Shown: positions 1-10,835, numbered from the stretch's first letter. The stretch: DNA of 59,942 nucleotides from an uncultured Bacteroidia bacterium (GCA_938006875.1 CALLMJ010000025.1:1-59942), one strand, 5' to 3'. The notes: generated by a model not told the origin, from the sequence alone. Numbers and translations are program-made.

Positions 1-2844
1 AACTCTAGAAAAATTTATGTTTTGGGTAATCAGTTTTATGTTAGTACTGATAGTACCTTAGTTTTTTATGATGGAAAAGAACTTCAAGAATGCACATTAG
101 GAAATCCAGTTTCTTGGAATAAAAACCAAACATTGATTGTGCATCATAAATGGGGTTTAGGTGCAGTTCAAAATCAAACATTTCAACCGATTCAACAAAC
201 TCAAAATTTATCTAATAAAAAATTAGTTTCCTTAGTAAAAATTGATGAAGGAAATTATTTAATTTGTTCGCAAGAAAGGATTTGGAATTTTAAAAATGGT
301 GTAGTATTACCGTTTCCTAATAAAGCGGAAAATATTTACAAAGCTGGAATTATTACGGATATTAGACGTTCTCAAAATGGATATTTGATTATTTCTACTT
401 TACGTTCAGGTGTTTTAGTATTAACTTCAAAAGGAGATTTACAATATTGGTTAAATAGAAATGCAGGCTTAGAGTCAGAAGCAGTTTTTGGAACCATGGT
501 AGATGACCGTGAGCATTTGTGGATGGCAACAGAAATGGGTATTTCTTATGCAGATTTAAACCCCGGTATAACCTTTTTTTCTGAACGTTCTGGTTTAAAA
601 GGAAGTGTAAATCAAATTTTTAAAAAAGATAAAAATCTTTACGCAGCCACTGATAGAGGGTTGTTTATTCTTTCTATAGAAAATCAAATTCCTATTTTTA
701 AGCCTATAAAAGGTATAGCTTCAACTACCTTTAAAATCAAGGAATTTCAAAAACAACTTTTTGTTGCTTCTTTTTCGGGTTTGTTTCGTTTAGAAAAAGA
801 CTCTGCTATTGTCGTTACAAAAGAACCTACTTTTGATTTATGTTTATCAAAATCTGGAAAATTTTATGCAGTTACAGAAAATCGTATTATTAAAATTCAG
901 AAAGATTTAAAGTCTAAAAAGTTTGAAATTCAAACCTTAGACACACTTACTCAAAATATAGAATTTTTTATTGAAGACAATAAACGGAGAGATTGGTTTT
1001 GGTTAGGAAATTCAAAGTTTGTTGCTATTATTCAAATTCAAAATGATAGTATTATAAAGCAAATTCCTTTTCAAGTCAATGCAAGTGACTTAAAACCTGC
1101 TCAAACTACTAATAAAATATTATTGAGTAACGAAGGGATTTTTAAATTTGATAATCAAAAATGGCGTTTTACGAAAGATTCTTCTTTTGGTGAAAATTGG
1201 CTTTCACAGCCTGTTTCCTTTTTGTATAAAGACCCTAAAGGCTATTTATGGCTAAATTCTAATGAAAAACTTTTTCAAGCTGCTTGGAGTGAACAAAGTA
1301 AAGAATACCAATGGAAGCAAGTACCTATAAAAAAACTCAAAAATTTAAATGTCAATGACTTTTATCGTGAAAATGATGTAGTTTTTTGGTTAGGAACTAC
1401 ACAAGGCTTAGTGCGTTTTGAGCCAAGAGCAAAAGAAATTCAATCCACTAAGTTTTTTGTTTTACCTCGTAAAATTTTTATTAACCGTGATTCTTTAATT
1501 TTTGCGGGAAATTTTTTTGATAAAAATCATTTCGTACTTAATCAAACGGAAATTGATAAAAATTCTACTAAATTTTATACTGATTTACAATCTATTGAGT
1601 TTCATTTTACTGCTACTACTTACGAAGATCCCGCTGGTACTTATTTTCAATATAGGCTTATTGGATTAGATTCTACTTGGAAAAACTGGTCAAAAAATAA
1701 TATTTTTAGTTTTAATAACTTACCAATTGGCAAATATACTTTACAAGTAAGAGCCAAAAATATTTTAGAAGAAATTTCTCCAATATATAGTTACGAATTT
1801 GAAATTCAACCTTTTTGGTACCAAACCACCTTAGCAAAAGTTATTTTTGGGTTATTAGGAATTGTATTTTTAGGAGGTATCATTTGGTTAGGAATAGAAA
1901 TCAATACTAAGCGTTTAAAAGCTCAAAATGAGTGGTTGCAATCAGAAATAAATAAAGCTACCGCAGAAATTCAACAACAAAAATCAGAAATTGAAAAACA
2001 AAACCAAAAATTATTAGAAACCAATCAAATTATTTTAGAACAAAAATCAGAAATTGAGAAAGATAAACATATCATTGAAGAAAAAAATCAAGAAATCTTG
2101 GATAGTATAACTTACGCCAAAAGAATACAAAATGCTTTGATTCCATCTGACGAAAGTTTAACCAAAGCTTTTGGAAATGAATATTTTGTAGTATTTTTTC
2201 CTAGAGATATTGTATCAGGGGACTTTTACTGGCTAACAGAAGAAAACGGAATTTATATCATGGCGGTTGCTGATTGTACAGGGCATGGTGTTCCAGGTGG
2301 TTTTATGACTATGATTGGTAACACTCTCCTAAATCAAATTGTTGGACTTTATAATATTTTAGAACCTCATAAAATTCTTAATCAATTACACGTTGAAATT
2401 CGTACTGCTTTGAAACAAGATGAAGAAGGTTCCGAAGTGCGTGATGGTATGGATTTAACCATTTTGGTTTATCATAAAGATAAAAATTTATTACAGTTTG
2501 CTTCCGCTCAAAGACCCGTCTATTATGTCAATTCCGATGGAATATTAGAAGAAATAAAAGGTGATAAATTCCATATTGGTGGTAAAGACCCCGAAAGAAA
2601 TTATACTTTAAAAGAATTTCAAGTAAAAAAAGGTGATGCCTTTTATTTTAGTTCTGATGGTTATGCAGACCAATTTAATCCAGATAATAAAAAATTCTCA
2701 ACAGGTCGTCTTAAAAAACTCATTCAAGAGCTATATCCTTTACCCATGAAAGAACAAGGAAAAATACTTGCTCAAACTTATTTAGACTGGAAACAAGACT
2801 CAGAACAAATAGATGATGTTTTACTTTTCGGCGTAAAATTTTAA
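1..2844 (+). CDS. Membrane-anchored sensor PP2C/SpoIIE-family phosphatase (beta-propeller + Y_Y_Y domain + TM + coiled coil + SpoIIE); 5'-truncated by the window edge
   Basis: Frame is open from base 1. Propeller repeats (LWMATEMG, LYAATDRGL, FWLGTTQGL), Y_Y_Y-like YFQYRLIGLD..GKYTLQVRA, a TM helix, and SpoIIE motifs VSGDFYW, ADCTGHGVPG, DGMD, SSDGYADQF, DDVL. Confidence 0.85.
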   Translation, partial: NSRKIYVLGNQFYVSTDSTLVFYDGKELQECTLGNPVSWNKNQTLIVHHKWGLGAVQNQTFQPIQQTQNLSNKKLVSLVKIDEGNYLICSQERIWNFKNGVVLPFPNKAENIYKAGIITDIRRSQNGYLIISTLRSGVLVLTSKGDLQYWLNRNAGLESEAVFGTMVDDREHLWMATEMGISYADLNPGITFFSERSGLKGSVNQIFKKDKNLYAATDRGLFILSIENQIPIFKPIKGIASTTFKIKEFQKQLFVASFSGLFRLEKDSAIVVTKEPTFDLCLSKSGKFYAVTENRIIKIQKDLKSKKFEIQTLDTLTQNIEFFIEDNKRRDWFWLGNSKFVAIIQIQNDSIIKQIPFQVNASDLKPAQTTNKILLSNEGIFKFDNQKWRFTKDSSFGENWLSQPVSFLYKDPKGYLWLNSNEKLFQAAWSEQSKEYQWKQVPIKKLKNLNVNDFYRENDVVFWLGTTQGLVRFEPRAKEIQSTKFFVLPRKIFINRDSLIFAGNFFDKNHFVLNQTEIDKNSTKFYTDLQSIEFHFTATTYEDPAGTYFQYRLIGLDSTWKNWSKNNIFSFNNLPIGKYTLQVRAKNILEEISPIYSYEFEIQPFWYQTTLAKVIFGLLGIVFLGGIIWLGIEINTKRLKAQNEWLQSEINKATAEIQQQKSEIEKQNQKLLETNQIILEQKSEIEKDKHIIEEKNQEILDSITYAKRIQNALIPSDESLTKAFGNEYFVVFFPRDIVSGDFYWLTEENGIYIMAVADCTGHGVPGGFMTMIGNTLLNQIVGLYNILEPHKILNQLHVEIRTALKQDEEGSEVRDGMDLTILVYHKDKNLLQFASAQRPVYYVNSDGILEEIKGDKFHIGGKDPERNYTLKEFQVKKGDAFYFSSDGYADQFNPDNKKFSTGRLKKLIQELYPLPMKEQGKILAQTYLDWKQDSEQIDDVLLFGVKF

Positions 2845-2845
2845 T

Positions 2846-3505
2846 ATGAAACTAGAAATTGAAATCACAAATGATGGCTCTTCCACGATTTTTATCCCTG
2901 AATGGAACGAAAGATACCATTCTAAAAATGGAGCTTTACAAGAATCTCTTTACATATATATTCAAAATGGACTTCATTATTTACAAAAAGATGTAATTCG
3001 TATTCTTGAAATTGGATTTGGTACGGGTTTGAATGTTTTACTTACTCATGCTCATCAGAAACCCAATACTTTTATTGATTATATAACTTTTGAGCCTTTT
3101 CCATTATCCCAAGATATTTACAACCAATTGAATTTTTCAGGTTTAAAGGGTTTAGAAAATTCTAAATATTTGCTAGATATATTGCATGAACTACCTAATA
3201 AGGAACCACTAAATCTTAATAAATTTTTTTCGTTTATGAAATACTACCAAACTATACAAGAATTTCAAACCACCCAAAAGTTTGATTTGGTTTATTGGGA
3301 CGCTTTTGGACCTAGGGTTCAACCAGAAATGTGGTCTTTAGAATTATGTCAAAAGATTTATCAATTATTAGAAAATGAAGGAATTATTGTTACTTATTGT
3401 TCACAAGGGCAGTTTAAGAGAAATTTAAAACAAGTAGGTTTTGAAGTAGAAGTTTTACCGGGTCCTCCATTTAAAAGAGAAATGACAAGAGCCATAAAAA
3501 AATAA
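2846..3505 (+). CDS. mnmD: tRNA mnm5s2U34 methyltransferase (MnmD, MnmC N-terminal-like)
   Basis: DGSSTI..ERYHS.NGALQES, ILEIGFGTGLN, YWDAFGP..QPEMW, GPPFKREM motifs. Confidence 0.8.
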   Translation: MKLEIEITNDGSSTIFIPEWNERYHSKNGALQESLYIYIQNGLHYLQKDVIRILEIGFGTGLNVLLTHAHQKPNTFIDYITFEPFPLSQDIYNQLNFSGLKGLENSKYLLDILHELPNKEPLNLNKFFSFMKYYQTIQEFQTTQKFDLVYWDAFGPRVQPEMWSLELCQKIYQLLENEGIIVTYCSQGQFKRNLKQVGFEVEVLPGPPFKREMTRAIKK

Positions 3506-3510
3506 AAAAA

Positions 3511-3707
3511 GCGTGTGGTGCGATTGGGTTATTTTGAAAACCTTCAATCAGACAAGATTTAAGAGCGTCTATAGCTTTGTAATCTTCCGTGTACTAACCA
3601 TTAAAGGTAATTCATACAAACTCATTGAGTTGAAGCCCGCCATTACTATAGGAATATCTCTATATTTCGTTTTGGTATAGGTTCAAAAAACGAATTTTCC
3701 CACACGC
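3511..3707 (-). ncRNA. ssrS: Putative 6S RNA (ssrS-like)
   Basis: GCGTGTGG (3511-3518) pairs with CCACACGC (3700-3707). Second stem UUUUGAACCU/AGGUUUUCAAAA, central bubble, inner stem AGAG..CUAUAGUAAU/AUUAC..CUAUAG..CUCU. About 197 nt, with its own promoter, a U-tract after the 3' end and no ORF. Confidence 0.65.
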
Positions 3708-3712
3708 CATCA

Positions 3713-3742
3713 CAAAAATAACTCATTTTTATAAAAAACAAA
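3713..3742 (-). promoter_or_regulatory. Bacteroidota primary-sigma promoter for the putative 6S RNA
   Basis: Minus strand TTTG (3742-3739), 18 nt spacer, TATTTTTG (3720-3713), 5 nt before the terminal stem. Confidence 0.6.
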
Positions 3743-3835
3743 AATCACCTGATAATTTTTTTATCATTTTCTCAAAGCAAAGTCTTTTTTACCTAATCGT
3801 TTTTTTATTTATTTTGCATAGCCTTTTATCAATTT

Positions 3836-6040
3836 ATGCAATTTTTTAAGTCGTTATCCCTAAAAATTGATGCTATTCTTAATCCTAATCATCGGTTTTA
3901 TCCCATCAGAAAAAAATTATTACGTTTATTGGGGGTAGTAGTGGCTATTCATTTTCTTTTCTTTTTGATTTTGATTTGGGATATTCCATCTTTAAAGACA
4001 TTAGAAAATCCTAATTTGGCTGTTTCTACTCAGGTTTATTCAAGAGATGGAAAATTATTAGGAAATTTTTACGATGACCAATTTCGTATTAATATTCGTT
4101 ATAAAGATTTACCTAAAACACTTATTAACGCTTTAATAGCAACCGAAGATATTAGATTTTATCAACATCAAGGTGTTGATACCAGAGCATTGGGTGCTGT
4201 ATTTTTAGAAATGGTTGAAGGACGTGTTCGTGGAGGTTCAACCATAACCATGCAATTAGCTAGAAATATGTTTGATAATATTGGTAGAAAAAAAAGTATA
4301 TTTAGAAAAATGCGTGAAGCAATTGTTGCATGGCTTTTAGAAAGAAATTATTCCAAAGAGGAAATCTTAATGTTTTATTTTAATACGGTGAATTATGGTG
4401 GAAATATCCATGGAATTCAAACCGCTTCAAGAACTTATTTTAATAAAAATGCCAATGAATTACTCCCTCATGAAAGTGCTTTATTAGTGGGAATGTTAAA
4501 AGGTCCTTCATTATATCACCCCATAAAAAAACCTAAAAATGCCTTAGAAAGAAGAAATGTGGTTTTAAACCAACTTTTTAAATATGGCTATATTTCCAAA
4601 GAAGATTTAGAAAAATATAAATCAAAGCCTCTGGGTGTAGCAAATAAAAGTTCTTATCACGAGTATGTACCTCAAGGCACTGCTTTATATTTTAGGCAAG
4701 CCTTACAACAGTTTTTGAAAGAATGGTGCGAAAAAAATAATTATAACCTTTTTACGGATGGTCTAAAAATTTATACAACACTAGATTCACGTTTACAAGA
4801 ACATGCTGAAAAAGCTATACAAAAGCGTATCCCCTATTTACAGGATTTATTGAATCAAGAATTCAAATCACGAAAACCTTGGGAACAAAATGAACAAATA
4901 TTAATTGCTGCTATGAAACGTTCTCCCCGTTATCATATTGGTAAAAATGCAGGTTTATCAGAAGAAGAAATTAGAAAATCTTTTGATAGACATGTTTTAA
5001 TGAAATTATTTGATTGGAAATCCCCTAATTATGAAAAAGATACCGTTTTGACTCCATGGGATTCCTTAAAATATTTTGCTGGATTAATTCATTCGGGCTT
5101 GATTACTTTAGACCCTAGTAATGGGCATATTTTAGCTTATGTAGGTGGAATTGACTTCAAATTTTTTCCTTTGGATATTATAAAACAAGAAAGAAGGCAA
5201 GCAGGTACTATTTTTATGCCTTTTGTTTATGCTGCTGCTTTTGAAAAAGGTTATGAACCTTGTACCATAGAACAAAATACTCCTATTACTATCAAAACTC
5301 CAGAGGGAGATTTATGGACCCCCAAAAATATTGGTGGTTGGGTTACGGAGCCACTTCCTTTAATTCAAGCCTTTTCTATGATGTATAATATTGTAGTAAC
5401 TAGATTATCAGAAAAAATTTCTGTTGATTTTTTAATTGATATAGCAGGAAAATTAGGAATTACGTCACCTTTAAAGGCAGTACCTTCTCTGGGTATGGGA
5501 ACGGCAGACCTTAATTTATTTGAATTGGTTTCTGCTTATGCACCTTTTGCTAATCAAGGTACTTGGAATCAACCCATTTTTGTTACGAAAATTGAAGATA
5601 AAAACGGAAATTTACTAGCAGATTTTACTTCTAATCAAAGAAAAGCAATTTCTGAAAAAAGTGCTTACAATACTTTGGAATGTTTAAGATATACCGCAAA
5701 TAATGGTACTGCATTTGAGGCAAGAAGTAATTATCGTATTCCTGTAGATATTGCAGGAATGACGGGTAGAACTCAAAGCCATGCAGATAGTTGGTATGTG
5801 GGATTAACACCTAATACCGTTACTGCAATTTGGGCTGGTTGTATAGATAGAAGAGTATTTTTTAAATCGTATTATCACGGACAAGGGGCTTTTATGTGTC
5901 TTCCTATCTGGGGTGACTATATCCAAAATGCTTATTATGATTCTACCATTAACCTACCAGACCGTGCTTTCTATAAAAATTCTGATTATAAAATTTCTTT
6001 GAATTGTTTAAAAACAGAAATCAAAAAGGAAAAACAATAA
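3836..6040 (+). CDS. Class A penicillin-binding protein (PBP1A-like) with intact GT51 domain and degenerate transpeptidase motifs
   Basis: N-terminal TM. GT motifs EDIRFYQHQG, GGSTITMQL, RKMRE, KEEILMFYFN. TP motif positions read GTIFMP, MYN and GMTG. Confidence 0.85.
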   Translation: MQFFKSLSLKIDAILNPNHRFYPIRKKLLRLLGVVVAIHFLFFLILIWDIPSLKTLENPNLAVSTQVYSRDGKLLGNFYDDQFRINIRYKDLPKTLINALIATEDIRFYQHQGVDTRALGAVFLEMVEGRVRGGSTITMQLARNMFDNIGRKKSIFRKMREAIVAWLLERNYSKEEILMFYFNTVNYGGNIHGIQTASRTYFNKNANELLPHESALLVGMLKGPSLYHPIKKPKNALERRNVVLNQLFKYGYISKEDLEKYKSKPLGVANKSSYHEYVPQGTALYFRQALQQFLKEWCEKNNYNLFTDGLKIYTTLDSRLQEHAEKAIQKRIPYLQDLLNQEFKSRKPWEQNEQILIAAMKRSPRYHIGKNAGLSEEEIRKSFDRHVLMKLFDWKSPNYEKDTVLTPWDSLKYFAGLIHSGLITLDPSNGHILAYVGGIDFKFFPLDIIKQERRQAGTIFMPFVYAAAFEKGYEPCTIEQNTPITIKTPEGDLWTPKNIGGWVTEPLPLIQAFSMMYNIVVTRLSEKISVDFLIDIAGKLGITSPLKAVPSLGMGTADLNLFELVSAYAPFANQGTWNQPIFVTKIEDKNGNLLADFTSNQRKAISEKSAYNTLECLRYTANNGTAFEARSNYRIPVDIAGMTGRTQSHADSWYVGLTPNTVTAIWAGCIDRRVFFKSYYHGQGAFMCLPIWGDYIQNAYYDSTINLPDRAFYKNSDYKISLNCLKTEIKKEKQ

Positions 6041-6110
6041 GTTTTCTTTACGATTAAGAAACTATTGAGTAAAAAATTGTTTTTAATGTGATGTTAAAAA
6101 CGAAACAGAC

Positions 6111-6155
6111 TTATCCACATTTATAAAAAAAGCAAGTGAATAAAAGTGTAGATAA
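6111..6155. promoter_or_regulatory. DnaA-box cluster upstream of rpsL
   Basis: Perfect TTATCCACA (6111-6119), plus reverse-oriented near-matches AGTGAATAA (6135-6143) and TGTAGATAA (6147-6155). Confidence 0.45.
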
Positions 6156-6168
6156 AATATAAAAAAAA

Positions 6169-6200
6169 TTTGGAATATAAGGAGAAAAAATGTAATTTTG
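6169..6200 (+). promoter_or_regulatory. Promoter of the ribosomal superoperon
   Basis: TTTG (6169-6172), 20 nt spacer, TAATTTTG (6193-6200): the canonical Bacteroidota -33/-7 arrangement. Confidence 0.75.
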
Positions 6201-6250
6201 CGGTTCTAAAATTGAATTTGTAAAATATTCATTATTAAAGAGAAGAAAGT

Positions 6251-6658
6251 ATGCCAACAATACAGCAGCTAGTAAGAAAAGCAAGAAGTCCAAAAGTATG
6301 GAAAAGTAAGTCTCCAGCTTTAGATTCTTGCCCACAAAAGAGGGGAGTATGTACGCGTGTTTATATAACAACGCCAAAAAAGCCAAATTCAGCACAAAGA
6401 AAAGTGGCTAAAGTAAAATTATCAAATGGTATAGAGGTGATTGCTTATATTCCTGGAGAAGGACATAATTTACAAGAACACTCTATTGTATTAGTGAGAG
6501 GAGGTCGTGTTAAAGACTTACCAGGGGTTCGTTATCATATTGTAAGAGGTGCATTAGATACTGCAGGAGTTAACGATAGAAAGCAAGGTCGCTCTAAATA
6601 CGGTACAAAGAAAAATCAAAAAGCTGCAGCGGCAAAAGGAGGCGCTAAGAAAAAATAA
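6251..6658 (+). CDS. rpsL: 30S ribosomal protein S12
   Basis: [26 protein letters not shown]. Confidence 0.99.
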   Translation: MPTIQQLVRKARSPKVWKSKSPALDSCPQKRGVCTRVYITTPKKPNSAQRKVAKVKLSNGIEVIAYIPGEGHNLQEHSIVLVRGGRVKDLPGVRYHIVRGALDTAGVNDRKQGRSKYGTKKNQKAAAAKGGAKKK

Positions 6659-6663
6659 AGTTT

Positions 6664-7131
6664 ATGAGAAATAGAAAAGCTCCTAAAAGATATGTGTTAC
6701 CCGATCCTAAATTCAAATCAGAAGTGGTAACCAAATTTGTTAACAAACTAATGTTACATGGTAAAAAAAATTTAGCTTTTACCATATTCTATGATGCATT
6801 AGACTTAGTAGAAAAAAAATTACAACAGCCTGGTTTAGAGGTATTTCAAAATGCTTTGAATAACGTAATGCCGGTAGTTGAAGTAAAAAGTAGAAGAATT
6901 GGTGGTGCAACTTTTCAAGTTCCTACTGAAGTTAGACCCGAAAGAAGACTCTCTCTTGGCATGATTTGGTTAATCACTTATGCCAGAAAAAGAGGTGAGA
7001 AAACTATGACTGAAAGATTATGTAATGAAATTATTTCTGCTTCCAAAGGTGAGGGTGCCGCTTTCAAAAAGAAAGAAGATACTCACAAAATGGCAGAAGC
7101 CAATAAAGCTTTTTCGCACTTCAAATTTTAA
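6664..7131 (+). CDS. rpsG: 30S ribosomal protein S7
   Basis: [25 protein letters not shown]. Confidence 0.99.
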   Translation: MRNRKAPKRYVLPDPKFKSEVVTKFVNKLMLHGKKNLAFTIFYDALDLVEKKLQQPGLEVFQNALNNVMPVVEVKSRRIGGATFQVPTEVRPERRLSLGMIWLITYARKRGEKTMTERLCNEIISASKGEGAAFKKKEDTHKMAEANKAFSHFKF

Positions 7132-7143
7132 TATTTTTAGACA

Positions 7144-9249
7144 ATGAAAAAAACAGATTTAGCACATTGTAGAAATATTGGTATCATGGCTCACATTGAT
7201 GCCGGTAAGACTACAACAACAGAAAGAATTTTATTTTATACAGGTATAGTTCACAAAATTGGTGAAGTACATGACGGTGCTGCTACTATGGACTGGATGG
7301 TTCAAGAGCAAGAAAGAGGTATTACTATTACTTCTGCTTGTACTACAACCTACTGGAAATATAGAAACGAAGATTATAGAATTAATATAATAGACACTCC
7401 CGGTCACGTTGACTTTACAGTAGAAGTTGAGCGGTCTTTAAGAGTATTAGATGGTGCAATTGCACTATTTTGTTCTGTCGGTGGTGTAGAGCCTCAATCA
7501 GAAACTGTTTGGAGACAAGCTAATAAATATGGAGTACCTCGTATCTGTTTCGTTAATAAAATGGACAGAGCCGGGGCCGATTTCTTTAAAGTGGTAAGTC
7601 AAATTAAAGAAAGACTTGGTGCAAATCCTGTTCCTTTACAAGTTCCAATTGGCGCTGAAGAAAACTTTAAAGGAGTTGTTGATTTAATTACTAGAAAAGG
7701 TATCGTTTGGAATGAAGATGATTACGGAATGACCTATAGAGAAGTTCCTATTCCTGATGATATCATTGATGAAGTAGATCACTGGAGACAACACTTAATT
7801 GAGTCTGTTGCTGAATATGATGATAAATTATTAGAAAAATTCTTTGAGGACCAAGATAGTATTACAGAAGATGAGATTATTGCAGCTTTAAGACAAGCAG
7901 TTTTATCTATGTCTATTTTCCCTGTAATGTGTGGTTCTTCATTTAAAAATAAAGGTGTTCAAGCAGCATTAGATGCGGTTTGTAGATACTTACCTTCTCC
8001 TAGTGATTTACCTCCTGTAAAAGGTATAAACCCAAAAACTGGCGAAGAAGAAACGAGAAAACCTTCTAATGATGATTATTTTACTGGTTTAGCATTTAAA
8101 ATTATGACTGACCCTTATGTTGGTCGTTTAGCGTTTTTTAGAGCTTATTCCGGAGTTTTAAACTCAGGTTCTTACGTTTTAAATACTCGCAGTGGTGATA
8201 AAGAAAGAATTAGTCGAATAGTTCAAATGCATGCTAATAAGCAAAATCCTATTGAATTAGTTGAGGCTGGGGATATTGCTGCTGCTGTAGGTTTCAAAAA
8301 CGTAAGAACAGGTGATACGATTTGTGATGTTGATCATCCCATTGCATTAGAATCAATGGTTTTCCCTGACCCTGTTATTGAAATTGCTGTTGAACCCAAA
8401 ACTCAAGCTGATGCTGATAAAATGTCCAATGCTCTAGCTAAATTAGCAGAGGAAGATCCTACTTTTAAAGTGAAAACTGATGAAGAATCTGGGCAAACTA
8501 TTATTGCAGGTATGGGCGAGCTTCACTTAGAAATTCTTGTTGATAGAATGAGACGTGAATTCAAGGTGGAAGTGAATGAAGGTCAGCCCCAAGTATCTTA
8601 TAGAGAGACTATTACATCAACAGTTCAACATAGAGAAATTTTCAAAAAACAAACTGGTGGTAGAGGTAAATTTGCTGATATTGTAGTAGAATTTTCTCCT
8701 ATTGAAGGTGGAAAAGGCTTTGAGTTTGTTAATGAAATTAAAGGAGGAGTAATTCCGAAAGAATTTATTCCTTCAGTTGAAAAAGGTATCAAAATGGCAA
8801 TGAATGAAGGTGTTTTAGCTGGTTATTTGTGTGAAGGTGTGAAAGTAAGATTGATAGATGGTTCTTACCATGAAGTGGATTCTGATTCATTATCTTTTGA
8901 ATTAGCAGGTAGATACGCTTTTCGTGAAGCATGCTTAAAAGCTAACCCTATTTTATTAGAACCTATTATGAAAGTGGAAGTTGTAACTCCAGAAGAATAT
9001 ATGGGTACAATTGTAGGTGACTTAAATAGAAGACGTGGACAAATTGCATCAATGGATTCAAGAGGTTCAGCTCAAGTTGTGAATGCATTAGTACCATTAT
9101 CAGAAATGTTTGGATACGTTACACAATTAAGAACTATGTCTTCTGGTAGAGCATTTTCAACCATGGTATTTGATCATTATGAACAAACACCAAGAAATAT
9201 ACAGGAAGAGGTAATAGCGAAAGTTAAAGGTTTAAAATCAAAAGCATAA
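7144..9249 (+). CDS. fusA: Elongation factor G
   Basis: [35 protein letters not shown]. Confidence 0.99.
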   Translation: MKKTDLAHCRNIGIMAHIDAGKTTTTERILFYTGIVHKIGEVHDGAATMDWMVQEQERGITITSACTTTYWKYRNEDYRINIIDTPGHVDFTVEVERSLRVLDGAIALFCSVGGVEPQSETVWRQANKYGVPRICFVNKMDRAGADFFKVVSQIKERLGANPVPLQVPIGAEENFKGVVDLITRKGIVWNEDDYGMTYREVPIPDDIIDEVDHWRQHLIESVAEYDDKLLEKFFEDQDSITEDEIIAALRQAVLSMSIFPVMCGSSFKNKGVQAALDAVCRYLPSPSDLPPVKGINPKTGEEETRKPSNDDYFTGLAFKIMTDPYVGRLAFFRAYSGVLNSGSYVLNTRSGDKERISRIVQMHANKQNPIELVEAGDIAAAVGFKNVRTGDTICDVDHPIALESMVFPDPVIEIAVEPKTQADADKMSNALAKLAEEDPTFKVKTDEESGQTIIAGMGELHLEILVDRMRREFKVEVNEGQPQVSYRETITSTVQHREIFKKQTGGRGKFADIVVEFSPIEGGKGFEFVNEIKGGVIPKEFIPSVEKGIKMAMNEGVLAGYLCEGVKVRLIDGSYHEVDSDSLSFELAGRYAFREACLKANPILLEPIMKVEVVTPEEYMGTIVGDLNRRRGQIASMDSRGSAQVVNALVPLSEMFGYVTQLRTMSSGRAFSTMVFDHYEQTPRNIQEEVIAKVKGLKSKA

Positions 9250-9256
9250 TAAAGAA

Positions 9257-9568
9257 ATGACGCAAAAAATTCGTATTAAACTTAAGTCATTTGACCATAA
9301 TTTGGTAGATAGAAGTGCGGAAAAAATAGTAAAAGCAGTTAAAGCGACACAGGCAGAAATTTATGGTCCTGTGCCGCTTCCTACTGATAAAACTATTATT
9401 ACGGTGAATCGTTCTCCACACGTGAATAAAGAGTCAAGGGAGCAATTTCAAGTAAATGCTCATAAAAGACTTATAGATATAGTGAGTTCAAGCACAAAAA
9501 CGGTAGATGCTCTGATGAAATTAGAGTTACCCAGCGGTGTAGATGTAGAAATTAAAGTTTTAGACTAA
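9257..9568 (+). CDS. rpsJ: 30S ribosomal protein S10
   Basis: [30 protein letters not shown]. Confidence 0.99.
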   Translation: MTQKIRIKLKSFDHNLVDRSAEKIVKAVKATQAEIYGPVPLPTDKTIITVNRSPHVNKESREQFQVNAHKRLIDIVSSSTKTVDALMKLELPSGVDVEIKVLD

Positions 9569-9588
9569 ATTTAAAAAATTTATAAGCA

Positions 9589-10203
9589 ATGCCTGGTTTA
9601 ATTGGAAAAAAAGTAGGAATGACAAGCATATTCGTTGATGATAAAATGCTTGCATGTACACTAGTAGAAGTAGGCCCCTGCGTTGTAACTCAAATCAAAA
9701 CCATTGAAAAAGATGGTTATGAAGCAGTACAAATAGGGTTTGAAGAGAAAAAAGAAAAACACACAACCAAGCCTCTGCAAGCACACTTTAGTAAAGCAGG
9801 AGTAACTCCTAAAAGAGTTGTTAAAGAATTTGATTTTAATCCTGCTGAATATAAATTGGGAGATGTAATCACTACTGATTTCTTTCAAGAAGGTGATATA
9901 GTTTCGGTTGTAGGAAAAACAAAAGGGAAAGGATTTCAAGGGGTAGTTAAAAGACATGGATTTGCGGGTGTTGGGGGTCAAACTCACGGTCAGCATAATC
10001 GTTTAAGACACCCTGGTTCTATGGGAGCATGTTCTTTTCCTTCAAGAGTTTTTAAAGGTAAAAAGTTAGGTGGACAAACAGGAGGTACACAAGTTACCGT
10101 TCAAAATTTAACAGTATTGAAAGTATATCCTGAACAAAATTTATTAGTGATTTCTGGTTCAGTTCCTGGGTCAAATGGTTCATATTTATTAATTAAAAAG
10201 TAA
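9589..10203 (+). CDS. rplC: 50S ribosomal protein L3
   Basis: [21 protein letters not shown]; operon position. Confidence 0.98.
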   Translation: MPGLIGKKVGMTSIFVDDKMLACTLVEVGPCVVTQIKTIEKDGYEAVQIGFEEKKEKHTTKPLQAHFSKAGVTPKRVVKEFDFNPAEYKLGDVITTDFFQEGDIVSVVGKTKGKGFQGVVKRHGFAGVGGQTHGQHNRLRHPGSMGACSFPSRVFKGKKLGGQTGGTQVTVQNLTVLKVYPEQNLLVISGSVPGSNGSYLLIKK

Positions 10204-10204
10204 A

Positions 10205-10831
10205 ATGCAAGTACCAGTATATAGTATAGAAGGAAAAGAAGTGGGTAAGGTAGAATTAGCAACCACAGTATTTGAAGAAAAAATCAATGAACACGCTGTT
10301 TATTTGGCGGTGAAGCAGTATTTAGCTAATCAAAGACAGGGTACCCATAAAACCAAAACGAGGGGTGAAGTAGCAGGCTCTACTAAAAAACCTTGGAAAC
10401 AAAAGGGTACAGGTGGTGCTAGAGCAGGTCATAAGAGAAGCCCTTTATGGAGACACGGAGGTATCGTTTTTGGTCCACAACCTAGAGATTATTCTCAAAA
10501 ATTAAATGATAAAGTTAAAAAGTTAGCAAGAAGGTCTGCACTTTCTGCTAAACTTAAAGATAATGATATTTTGGTTTTACAAAATTTTACATTTAACGCT
10601 CCTAAAACGAAGTCGTTTTATCAAATTTTAAAGAATTTAGGAATCCAAGGTCAGAAAGTTCTTTTTGTCATGAACAATAATGACTCAAAAGACAATGTTT
10701 ATTTGTCTGGTAGAAATATTCCAAATGTTGAATTAAACAGAGTTTGGGATTTGAATACCTATCAGATTGTGAAATGTGATAAATTAGTTATAATTGAGTC
10801 TGCTGTTGAACAAATCAACCAAAAATTCTAA
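10205..10831 (+). CDS. rplD: 50S ribosomal protein L4
   Basis: RQGTHKTKTRGEV, KQKGTGGARAG. Confidence 0.98.
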   Translation: MQVPVYSIEGKEVGKVELATTVFEEKINEHAVYLAVKQYLANQRQGTHKTKTRGEVAGSTKKPWKQKGTGGARAGHKRSPLWRHGGIVFGPQPRDYSQKLNDKVKKLARRSALSAKLKDNDILVLQNFTFNAPKTKSFYQILKNLGIQGQKVLFVMNNNDSKDNVYLSGRNIPNVELNRVWDLNTYQIVKCDKLVIIESAVEQINQKF

Positions 10832-10835
10832 TACA

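Noticed and set aside
1-2844. Propeller-YYY-SpoIIE sensor phosphatase as a novel signalling system
   Set aside because: This architecture is common and often expanded in Bacteroidota, and no partner-switching genes are adjacent.
6251-6658. Possible streptomycin-resistance allele of rpsL
   Set aside because: The PKKPNS and RVKDLPG lysines are wild type.
9249-9257. tuf absent between fusA and rpsJ (and adk absent after secY)
   Set aside because: This is the normal Bacteroidota arrangement.
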